DNA of 32,000 nucleotides from Paramicrosporidium saccamoebae KSL3. Taxonomy: Eukaryota; Fungi; Cryptomycota. Position numbers and translations under genes: made by a program. The DNA is taken from positions 30,001 to 62,000 of the forward strand of contig MTSL01000101.1 in assembly GCA_002794465.1 (NCBI GenBank), given 5' to 3'. How positions within the stretch are numbered: the first letter of the stretch is position 1; every line of letters starts with the position of its first letter. Shown one piece after another: positions 8,929-17,727 of the stretch. Below the pieces are notes generated by a model. The model had not been told where the DNA came from. It was given only the letters and a program-made list of their open reading frames with translations, and searched no databases.

Positions 8929-11044
8929 CTACAGATAAATGGTACGGACGTCGCTGTTCCCAAAAGATTCTCCACAATTAGGACACTTTCGTTGCCTTGT
9001 TTCTATCCTGATATCTAAACATTGTCGACAAAATACGTGCATGCATTTTGTGATAACGGCATTCTTGTCGCGCGTATGACAAGAATTACACTTCATGAGC
9101 TTCTTGTAAATGGTAAGCTCGTCTTGCAAATCTTTCTGAGGTCCAGTGCCAGAATCAGCATACGCCTGGAGCTTCTTCTGAACAACCGTAAACTCTTCTT
9201 GAAGCCGATCCTTATCAAATTTCAGAGAATCTAGCTCCTTCAATTGTTCCGCAATAGTGTCTTCATATTTATAACTGTTATAACGGTCCAACCGAATTCT
9301 AAGAGTGCTGTTTTCCTCAGACAATTCCCGCAAACGCCAATTGGCCTTTTCAGAGTCCAGTGTCTTTAGAGAAATTCGAGCTTCGGCTTCAATGATCTGA
9401 CTTCTTGCTTGCCGTTCACGTGACTCTGCCGATTCCAGACGCTCCAGTGACTCTCTCTCCAGACTGTGGCCTTTCTGCAACGAAATCTCGGCGTCCTTCT
9501 TGGCCTGCACGGCTGAAAACTCGGCCTTTAGTTTTTCTGATAGCAATTTCCCGCAATGTTCGTCCTTTTCAGATATCTGCTTTAGTAAAGCAAAGTTTTG
9601 CCCTTGAATATCTTCAAACGCCTTACCTATGACTTCCAGTTCGGTGTATAGGGTGGCTTCGTCATTATTCAATTGGGCAATAATCTTGGAAAGCTCCTCC
9701 ACCTTGGAGTCTTCAGAAGATCGACTAATATCACCAAGCAAATCTGAAATAATCCTGTCCCTCGAGGCACGATCTTCGACAGTCTGGACCCTAGCTTGCA
9801 AGCTTTGGATCAGTTGCTGTAGGTTAGAATTATGCCGATTCGTGGCAAGAACTTGGTGGTTGGCTTGTTCATACAACTCTCGCATGGAATCTCTCTCCTT
9901 TCGTAGTCGTACAGAATCGGCCTCTAAGCTATCTAGTAGTGCTATCATATTGCTTCTTCGCTGTTTCAACGCCTCTTCGAGCTCAGTATGAACCAGTAAT
10001 TTCTTTTCATCAGACTCCCGATAAGCGTCTTCAATACTTTTCAGTGACGAGTTCATTCTGGCCAGCTCCTGCCTCAGCTGACTAATTTCTCCACGTAATT
10101 CTCTCAGGCTTCGTGGGTCACCTAGTGCATCTTCGGGTAACCTTCTCAACTACATAATGTCACCTACAACTCAATGCAGTGTTTACCTTTTCGTCCAATC
10201 TCCATTTTTGAGCCCGAAGTTCGGAATTTTCGATTGAAGAGTTTTTCAGTTCGATCAGCCTTTTGGAAGCCAAATCCCTCAGCCCTTCAACTTCTGCCAA
10301 AACGTCGACCGCTAAACCCGGCGCACTTGGAAGCGTATCCTGCTTCTCGGCTGCCGGAGAAGGCTCGTGGCTTTGATCTTTGCTACGCATAACAGCGTCT
10401 AGTTCCAAACGACGAGATTTCCTTTCGCTCAAAAGTAATTTTTCTTCCAGCTCTGAAATAGCTACGGCCATGCCACGATTGCTTTCTTCGACGCACGCAA
10501 GACGAGCCCCAATAGTTGATACCTATTCAATAAGCTGGGCCATGCGTAAACTTACGTCCTCCAACCGAGCAAGCCCCTTCAATAGCGTTTCATCCGAAGA
10601 ATCGGAACGCCACTGTCGAAGAACCTCTATTATTGATTCGGGCCGCATCTCCCCACTCAAATTAATTTCTAGTGTTGCGGCGAGCTATAAAATATGAGTC
10701 AAGCGCCTAACGGTTACGTTGGACAAGGTAGACGATAGCTTCTCAAAGTTGGCGCGACTAGACTCGAGTTCAACTGTGGTTTCCTCGTGCTTCTTGGCCA
10801 ATTTAGAGTAGCTTGTTCGTGTTTCCTGTAGTTGCTTCCATAAAGCCATCTTCTGTGCGCTTTCAATGGCCTGCAACTAATATATATGAGCACGGACACG
10901 ACCAAGTACAATGCTTTCGGGTGCAAAACTAAACTCATCGGCCCCGATGGGCTTTTCAAACTTTATCCTCTTAGCCGGTGCAATAGACTCTGTGTTATTA
11001 TCGTTCATTTGAGTTTCGGGCAGAGATCTTTGAGCGTCATCCAT
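8929..11044 (-). CDS. BRE1: Histone H2B E3 ubiquitin ligase Bre1 (5 exons, about 659 aa)
   Basis: Long coiled coil with a C-terminal RING, CNSCHTRDKNAVITKCMHVFCRQCLDIRIETRQRKCPNC. Introns 10877-10909, 10685-10717, 10523-10555 (33 nt each) and 10150-10186 (37 nt) give one continuous frame. Confidence 0.92.
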
Positions 11045-11106
11045 TATGACGGTGCCTCGACCCCCTGGTGTCGACGAAGAGTTCTCGCAAACCGGTAGAC
11101 CTCGAC

Positions 11107-11301
11107 ATGAATCAACAAGAATTGGAGGAATTCGCGCAATTCCTGCGCATGGCAGAAATGTCTAATCGTGGGGCTGCTTCAGGAGCGTCCCGTGAAGGAC
11201 CCTCGTGGTGGGGAACATACCAAGCAAAATCATTTCTGAGTATCGGAATGTTCAGTTTGTCAGTCTTCCTTTTCCGGAACTTTGGTCATACTTTGGCATA
11301 G
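11107..11301 (+). CDS. Small tail-anchored protein, Tom6-like
   Basis: 64 aa from the ATG at 11107. The C-terminus FLSIGMFSLSVFLFRNFGHTLA resembles the Tom6 pattern (human TOMM6 NLGLFAAGVWLARNL). It fills the gap between BRE1 and NAP1. Confidence 0.5.
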   Translation: MNQQELEEFAQFLRMAEMSNRGAASGASREGPSWWGTYQAKSFLSIGMFSLSVFLFRNFGHTLA

Positions 11302-11397
11302 TCAATTGGCGGGCATTTATCTATGTAACGTGTGAAGATCGGTAGTTGGCAATACACGATGCATTATTTATTTCTGGCTAAACTAGCATGCTTTGTT

Positions 11398-12525
11398 CTA
11401 CTGCGATTTGCATTCCTCGGGGTTTGCCTTGTGCGCGCCGCCCGAGCGATTCTGACGATGCTGTCCAGGTCTCGAAGGGTTGCGCGGAGGGAGATCATCA
11501 CTGCTGTCATCTTCGTCCTCCTCGTCTTCGTCCTCATCGTCTTCGTCGTCATCTTCGTCGTAGTCATCCTCGTCTTCAAAGTAGTCGTCCTCGTCCTCAA
11601 GTTCGGCATATTCCAAGGCTCTTCCGGTGAACCAGTCGACAGCATTGGGGACAATTTGATCTTTTAAGACTTCTCCAATCTCGTAATCAACTTGCAAGCG
11701 GGCTTCCAATTCGTTAATGTCCTCGCTATCTTCTTCGTCGTCTGCATTCTCAGGAAGAACGGGTGGGATGAAGAAGTGGAAGAACGAGCTTTGGGGCTCC
11801 TCGCGTTTGACGGTGCGTGTTGAATTGTTAGTACGATGACGCTGCGTTCTAACAATTGTCTTGAAACACAGATTCTTATCACCCTTCCAGTTGATCTCAG
11901 TGCCTACTGCATGATCATACACAAAGTCATCGTAGTCGCCCTCATTCTCATCAGGGTTGGCCAAGTGGTATTCTTTAGAGAGTAATGTGTTGGAGAAGAA
12001 ATCGTTCGGTGCAAACTCAAAGTCAATCTTGAATCCCGGCTTGCCCGGTAAATAGGAGACGCGGATATCCAATAGTGACGACAATACCTCAGAGTCGACC
12101 TCAGTAATGAGAGCGTTGATATTAGGGTGGGTCTGTAGCGCAGTTAGCCAAAAGTTTGGAATCCCAGTCTTGTCCGATACAGGCTTGGAAGACTCTCCAA
12201 GTTCCTCCACTCCAGACTCGGTAAAGTTGGCAAGCTCTTCGGCAGTTGGCTCGCGTTTGCCGTTGACAAGCATGTAACGCTCCTCGTTTAAAGGAACATA
12301 TTTCGCCAAATACTTTCGCTCAAGCTCTAAGAGTTCTTCACGGAAAGCGTTGGCGATTCCGGAACGTTTTGAGTGCAGATGCTCAAGTGCATACACGCGC
12401 TTACGAATAGAAAGCGGCAGGTCACTAAGATAGTCATGATTGTCGCAGCAGCCATGTTCTTCGTCGTGCTCCATTTCAGATATTTTCTTCTTTAGCATTC
12501 CCATATCAAACGTCTCGCGCTTCAT
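11398..12525 (-). CDS. NAP1: Nucleosome assembly protein 1 (histone chaperone)
   Basis: Motifs RKRVYAL, GIPNFWLTAL, F.PNDFFSNTLLSKEY, SFFHFF and VPNAVDWFTG, an acidic tail, and the C-terminus EECKSQ. Confidence 0.95.
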   Translation of the reverse strand: MKRETFDMGMLKKKISEMEHDEEHGCCDNHDYLSDLPLSIRKRVYALEHLHSKRSGIANAFREELLELERKYLAKYVPLNEERYMLVNGKREPTAEELANFTESGVEELGESSKPVSDKTGIPNFWLTALQTHPNINALITEVDSEVLSSLLDIRVSYLPGKPGFKIDFEFAPNDFFSNTLLSKEYHLANPDENEGDYDDFVYDHAVGTEINWKGDKNLCFKTIVRTQRHRTNNSTRTVKREEPQSSFFHFFIPPVLPENADDEEDSEDINELEARLQVDYEIGEVLKDQIVPNAVDWFTGRALEYAELEDEDDYFEDEDDYDEDDDEDDEDEDEEDEDDSSDDLPPRNPSRPGQHRQNRSGGAHKANPEECKSQ

Positions 12526-12647
12526 GCTTCTAAATGTCGTTGGTCACTCCTGAAAAATGACCCTCGGCTACAAGGGTCTTGTAAGGCCGATAGAGACCGG
12601 GGTAGCTGAGCATCAAGCCAATAACGACCCTTCTGGGATATTACATC

Positions 12648-13715
12648 ATGGCCAACAGCCATAGAAGGAATCTAGGCAATCTCGAATCATTCCCCTTCGC
12701 AGTTCAAGAAGAGCTGGGGGGCATGGCCTCTCCCATGTTTGCGGATACAACTATCGGCTCATCCTGGGTAACGACGGTCGAAGATCCGATAGACTCGCTG
12801 TCTCGACCAGCCGCGTCAAATCGAGCGGTGCGCACCGATCGCGAAGGACAGACTAGCGGGGGATATTTTGATGCTAGTAATTCCTCATTCCAACCAAGCC
12901 AGTACCGGAATTCTTTCATAGTAGACCAGACAGCAAATACAAATATGAGCGAGGCCGAGCAACGTCCACATCACATGTTTACGTCCGCAGTGGCCAATCA
13001 TGTGCCCACCAGCATGCGGCACACTCATCCCTCGGGGGTTTATTATAGATCACTTGCAGCTCGCACAGAAGCTAGTAACGGGCTTGACAGAGACACCCGA
13101 AGTGCTATAGAGGCATACGACAAGATGCTCCTGGACGATTCTACCCAGCAATGGCTCGGATTTGACATTTGTGAGTCTAATGGTGGCGAATACTCAGAAG
13201 AGTATCGGCTTGGAAACATATTGGAAGACGACCGATCAGTATACTGCAGCCGTTTAAAAAAGAATGTAAACATCTTAATGTCCCACAAGTCATCTCTTTC
13301 TTCCATGAGAGCCGCGCCGTTTTGGCTTGATGAGTTATACATAAGAGTACCTGCGATTGGCTTTACTGCTCCGTTAAAAAACGGATTCATTTTTGTATGT
13401 ACTGAAGATGTTCCAATTAATACCTTTGACAACTATGATGAGATCGACACAACAACGCTCCTAGATTGTAACCAAGAAAGTAACGGTCCGGCTCTCCCTT
13501 TAGTTCCCGCCTGTGTTAAGACTGTGCTCTTTTTCCAGTTTGATAGAAATGCCACCACTTTTCATTATCGCTTCCAGTCGGCTGTCAAGGATGCACGCTA
13601 TATATTTGTGAAAATGTTAGGTTCTTTTGGTTCGCGAGACAACATTGATGTCGAGTTTGTTGGATTCAGGGGCAAAGATGGGAAACTGAGCTTTCCATCT
13701 GCAGATCTGTTCTAA
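12648..13715 (+). CDS. Uncharacterised protein: disordered N-terminus plus a beta-sandwich-like C-terminal domain
   Basis: 355-aa ORF. The pattern FDICESNGGEY...NILEDDRSVYCS...NILMSH...PFWLDELYIRVP..GFTAPLKNGFIFV resembles, from memory, a domain of uncharacterised fungal proteins. The fold is inferred. Confidence 0.65.
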   Translation: MANSHRRNLGNLESFPFAVQEELGGMASPMFADTTIGSSWVTTVEDPIDSLSRPAASNRAVRTDREGQTSGGYFDASNSSFQPSQYRNSFIVDQTANTNMSEAEQRPHHMFTSAVANHVPTSMRHTHPSGVYYRSLAARTEASNGLDRDTRSAIEAYDKMLLDDSTQQWLGFDICESNGGEYSEEYRLGNILEDDRSVYCSRLKKNVNILMSHKSSLSSMRAAPFWLDELYIRVPAIGFTAPLKNGFIFVCTEDVPINTFDNYDEIDTTTLLDCNQESNGPALPLVPACVKTVLFFQFDRNATTFHYRFQSAVKDARYIFVKMLGSFGSRDNIDVEFVGFRGKDGKLSFPSADLF

Positions 13716-13838
13716 GTTCTGACTAGATAAGCTATTTTATAAAGCTTGTGTTTATTGATTTTAAAAGCCCGGCATAGCCTGTATATATGTAGTTTCGATA
13801 CTCACGACCGTGCGCCCGTATCCCTGGCGTAGTTGGAC

Positions 13839-15552
13839 ATGACAGATTCTAATCGCACAAAAGTCATACTATTTGCATCCATAAGCGCAATGGCAGCAGT
13901 GGCCGTAGGTTCTTTGGTATGGAATTACTACAAAAGCAAAAAGAGGAACGACATTTCCGTACCCTCTCAGGACGTCCCGGAGACAAATTCCGAGAACGTA
14001 TGCCTCATTGTAGCAAATGAATATTTTAGGCCGCCGTATCTCGAGCAGCTGCTTATCGTACACGTGGAAACAAGTATTTTAATGCGGGACGCTTTAACGA
14101 GGCCATCGATTGTTACTCGGATGCAATTCTGAATTATCCGGCAGGCCATTCTGATTTGTCCCTTGCATACGCAAATCGTGCTGCATGCCATTTGTCCACT
14201 AAGAACTATTCTACAGCCCTCGAAGATTGCAATTCGGGTATTGGTAATTTGCATAATATTAATCTTGCCAGCTCTCGAAATCAACCCGAAGTTCTTAAAA
14301 GCAATTGATAGAAGATCTCGGGTGCTGGAGAATCTTGGCCGCCTTGAAGAAGCCCTTGTAGACGCTTTGGCGGCTGCAGCTGTTGACAGCTTCAAAACTA
14401 AGAGCTTCTTCGATCACGTTGAGGATCTTTTGAAGAAATTCAGCGAAGTGAAAGCAAAAGAACTATACAAGGTATTCCTATTGTGTTAGAGTCGGTACTC
14501 ATTTGCACTAGGCTCGAAAGCCATCACTGTCCTCGGCATGGATGATCACCCACTTTCTCTCGACATTTCCTAGGGAATGGAACAAGGTCCAGAAATATGA
14601 ATCTGGCGAACTAAAAGACTTTTTCTGTAAAGTTTTGTCGCAGAATTATGGTGATGCCTATGCAGAGATCGTTTCACTAGCCAAGAAGAATCCAGAGTCC
14701 CAGAGCTCCGATCTCTATAACTGGCTCGGGACGATGCATTTCTTGGCAGGCGACTTTGAAAATGCCCAACAAGCTTTAACAAAAGCCATCGATCTTAATG
14801 AAAGCTCCGTCTCTGCTCGTGTCAAGCTGGCGCTGGTCTCGATGGAGCTTGGGCAATATGCTGAAATGACGATGCAGTTGGAGAAGGCTATAAAAATTGA
14901 CCCATCAGATGCCTCCTGTTTTTATCATCGAGGTGAGATCTTTGCTTTGAGCAACAACCTGGAATCTGCAGTATCCGAGTTTGCCAGAGCCATCCAGTTG
15001 GAGCCAGAGTTCATACCTGCATATGTGCATCAGGCTCGAGCCTATATGACGATGAACATGTCATCATCGGCAAGGGATTTTATTCAAAAGGCTCTGAAAC
15101 TATTTCCAGAAAACCCAGAGCTCCTTCATGTAATGGGTGAATGCTGGGCAATCGAAGGGCAGTACAATAGAAGTCTGGAATTATTCAGCAAAGTAGAATT
15201 GATGGCCCCTGATTTTCCCCAGGTCTTGTTGAACAAGGCCCTGATCATGAGCAGTATCGAAAATAATGTCGATATGCTGGGACAGAAATTGAAAGAAATA
15301 GTTGCACAATTTCCTTATTTCGACGCTGCACATGTTCAGTTGGCCGGGTTCTACATTGAGAAAAAAGAAACATCCCTTGCTTTAAAACACTATGATATTG
15401 CTGCTGAACATGCACGTTCTTATCAAGAGCTTGTAACAATTTATTCCATGCGCGCAATTTCTTCGTCCCAAGCTATGGTTGTCGAGAGATTCCCTGATCT
15501 TGCTGCTTCTATTCAGGATCTCTTGCGTTATTCCCCCGTTGGAACTAGTTAG
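13839..15552 (+). CDS. TOM70: Mitochondrial import receptor Tom70 (4 exons, about 535 aa)
   Basis: N-terminal anchor KVILFASISAMAAVAVGSLVWNYY, then TPR motifs RGNKYFNAGRFNEAIDCYSDAI and AYANRAACH, ARKPSLSSAWMITHFLSTF, and further TPRs. Introns are 32, 34 and 40 nt. Confidence 0.88.
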
Positions 15553-15614
15553 TTATTAAGTAGAAGCGTCGATGAAATATTACAAGTGTCATTTAGAATC
15601 ACATGCCATATATA

Positions 15615-15881
15615 TTAAGATTTCTGAACTAATGGAAAATGCCACAGAATGAATAGAAATCGTACCGGGATAAGCTTCGGGAAGAGGAAGAGAATAAGGA
15701 TATCCCAGTTTGACAAGTACAGGGCGTCCGACCAGGAATCCAACCGGTCCTAGTATGCATTAAAATCTCTTATAAATGAGGGATTACCTAAGATTGCGAG
15801 AAAGACAGAAGCTGCAATGACAGGTTCTCTCCGACACGCTAATGTGAATTTATCAAACAGAAGTCGGGTCTGAGACGACAT
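15615..15881 (-). CDS. Complex I accessory subunit, NDUFA3 / fungal 9.5 kDa (NUO9.5)-like microprotein (exons 15788-15881, 15666-15749, 15615-15628; 63 aa)
   Basis: The spliced product is MSSQTRLLFDKFTLACRREPVIAASVFLAILGPVGFLVGRPVLVKLGYPYSLPLPEAYPVQKS. It has the EP...S......GP.....P....G.....P..YP pattern of the family. Introns are 38 and 37 nt. It is absent from the ORF track. Confidence 0.7.
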
Positions 15882-15911
15882 GCCGGGGAGCCTTTCCCAG
15901 AGGCGGAATTT

Positions 15912-16262
15912 ATGATTGGGGTGCGGCATTTTACGGTCCTCTCTAGACCCTCTTCGCTAGCATTGAGACTTTTACCGAGTAATCTGTATCAAGATTCATG
16001 TGAACTACTACATGCGGCGATTCGAAATGTGCAACAATTTGCAACTAGTCTGCAGGATTCTCTCCTACTAGCCGTACCGAAGCAAAAGGTCACACATGCA
16101 CGAAAGCGAGAACGCATGGCCACAAAATGGCCTCAGAACATACAGAACATAGTGCGTTGCCATACATGTGGATCGCCAAAATTCATGCATCATATTTGCT
16201 GGATGTGTTTTAAACGTTTTAGACTGCATGTGAAAGCCAAACTATCAACCAAAGATATTTAA
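15912..16262 (+). CDS. MRPL32: Mitochondrial ribosomal protein bL32m
   Basis: Presequence, then LAVPKQKVTHARKRER and the zinc motif CHTCGSPKFMHHICWMC. Confidence 0.92.
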   Translation: MIGVRHFTVLSRPSSLALRLLPSNLYQDSCELLHAAIRNVQQFATSLQDSLLLAVPKQKVTHARKRERMATKWPQNIQNIVRCHTCGSPKFMHHICWMCFKRFRLHVKAKLSTKDI

Positions 16263-16285
16263 ATCTATAAACGGCGAGCGGATTG

Positions 16286-17014
16286 TTAGCGACTAAAATA
16301 ATGTGAAGATTCGTGCACTCGAGCACACACGCGCCAGCTCGGATTGTAAATGTCGGGACAATATTCGAAAACAACAAACTCTGTGATGGTGTCACCCTTC
16401 GAGTCACAATCGCTACGATGGGAATAGGAAAGCTTAGCAGTCGCCTGGAAGACTCTGATCTTCGAAGGTCCCTGTATTTCAACTGGTGCAATTGAGATTA
16501 ACGATGGGGGCTCTGAAATACAGATTTCGTTAGAAATTCCGGCTGCTTTCTTATTTTTGCGGAGTAGGGGCTTGATCTCCTACACCCGTTAATAAAGTGT
16601 GCGGAACGCTACAGCGAATAAGCCTTCGGAAACGAATTTGTGCAATTCTTGCTCGCTTCCCCTATCAATATTAAGGGTCCGCACAAATTATTACTTTGCC
16701 ATGGCCTTGACAAATTGAACATATGAAGCAGTCAAGTCTCTGGCGAGATTTGCAACAGAAAAACCGGGAATAACTTTCCACATACGATACAGACTAAACT
16801 ATCAAGCAGGTTCTACTAGCAAATACCCAAATGCAGTTTTGACGCTCTGGACAAGTCGAAACCAGCGCTCTTTGACTCCGCTGCGAGACAGCAATCTTGG
16901 TCGCTTCTCCTTTGATACAGGGACAAAGTCGATAACCGGCTTACTGATAGTGCCGAGGTATATAGGTCGCCTCATTGGGCGAAAAACAGCTGGCGTGCAT
17001 TTTCTGAGGATCAT
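16286..17014 (-). CDS. MRPL45: Mitochondrial ribosome protein mL45 / Mba1 (Tim44-like domain; 4 exons, about 209 aa)
   Basis: The spliced product contains LLSRSGVKERW...SVKTAFGLYRM and ends EFVVFEYCPDIYNPSWRV (human MRPL45 has SLSKEGLIER and EYVVFE...SWRM). Three 33-nt introns: 16794-16826, 16662-16694, 16580-16612. Confidence 0.8.
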
Positions 17015-17102
17015 ACAAATATTGGAACTTGACCTAGGCCGTGGTCGCACAGGTTATGAAATATTTAAAAGCTATATACTTGAAGCCCCCCCCCCTATTA
17101 GC

Positions 17103-17140
17103 CTGGGTGGCTGTGCTGTCCACCTGGCACGGCCACTCGG
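17103..17140 (+). other. GC-rich 14-bp hairpin with three G-U pairs, flanked by a C10 tract and a 12-bp palindrome; candidate structured RNA element
   Basis: ctgggtggctgtgc (17103-17116) pairs with gcacggccactcgg (17127-17140) around a 10-nt loop. C10 tract at 17086-17095 and aattagctaatt at 17141-17152. Confidence 0.4.
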
Positions 17141-17727
17141 AATTAGCTAATTATAAGATTGATATCTCATTGACATCCACTTAGAACGTTCTTGGTTACA
17201 TGACTATGCTTTCGCACCTTTCTAAGCAAATCTCCTTAAAATTCACAATGGTAAAGCGCGGATTGCTAGCTATCGGTTATAAATACAAAATTCTCCTTGT
17301 TCAACATCGTATTGATCAACTAGACCCATGTTTTTAATTCTGAGCGTAGGCTGATAGTAGTACAAATCCGTATATTTTTTTTAGAAATATTGCCATAATA
17401 TACATCGCGCCATGTCAGGTTTGCCATTCAATACTGAAAGAATATTATAGCAAACTTTATAATGGGGATCGCACGTTATCAACTACCATGCTTTTGTTAA
17501 TTGTGCAGACATTTGAGCGTTGGCTGTGCTGGCATCTAGTAACTCGCGATTGGATATACGTACTATGCACTAATAGACAGCCAACAAGTGGATAAGTATT
17601 CTTGTAGTTGAGGAGAGTAGTGATTAAATCACGCTGTAATGGCCTGATCTACATCCAACGGCATAATGCTACCTGCAAAACCAGCCATTCAATATTAATA
17701 CGATTTATCGGCTATTTGGAATTAAAA

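Noticed and set aside
11500-11600. TCG/TCC/TCT-rich repetitive tract
   Set aside because: It is the Asp/Glu low-complexity coding sequence of NAP1, not a satellite or an array.
11332-11667. Very hydrophobic 111-aa + strand ORF suggesting a membrane protein
   Set aside because: It is the antisense shadow of the GAY/GAR codons of the Nap1 acidic tail.
17412-17560. Spliced + strand model with an in-frame TGA (possible selenoprotein)
   Set aside because: The product resembles no selenoprotein family I know, there is no Cys/Sec redox motif or SECIS, and the splice choices were arbitrary.
17632-17643. CGCTGTAATGGC, matching the 5' Alu motif of fungal SRP RNA
   Set aside because: An SRP RNA starting here would run into the ARH1 CDS 85 nt downstream, and no helix 6/8 motifs follow. 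It is probably a chance match. An Rfam search would settle it.
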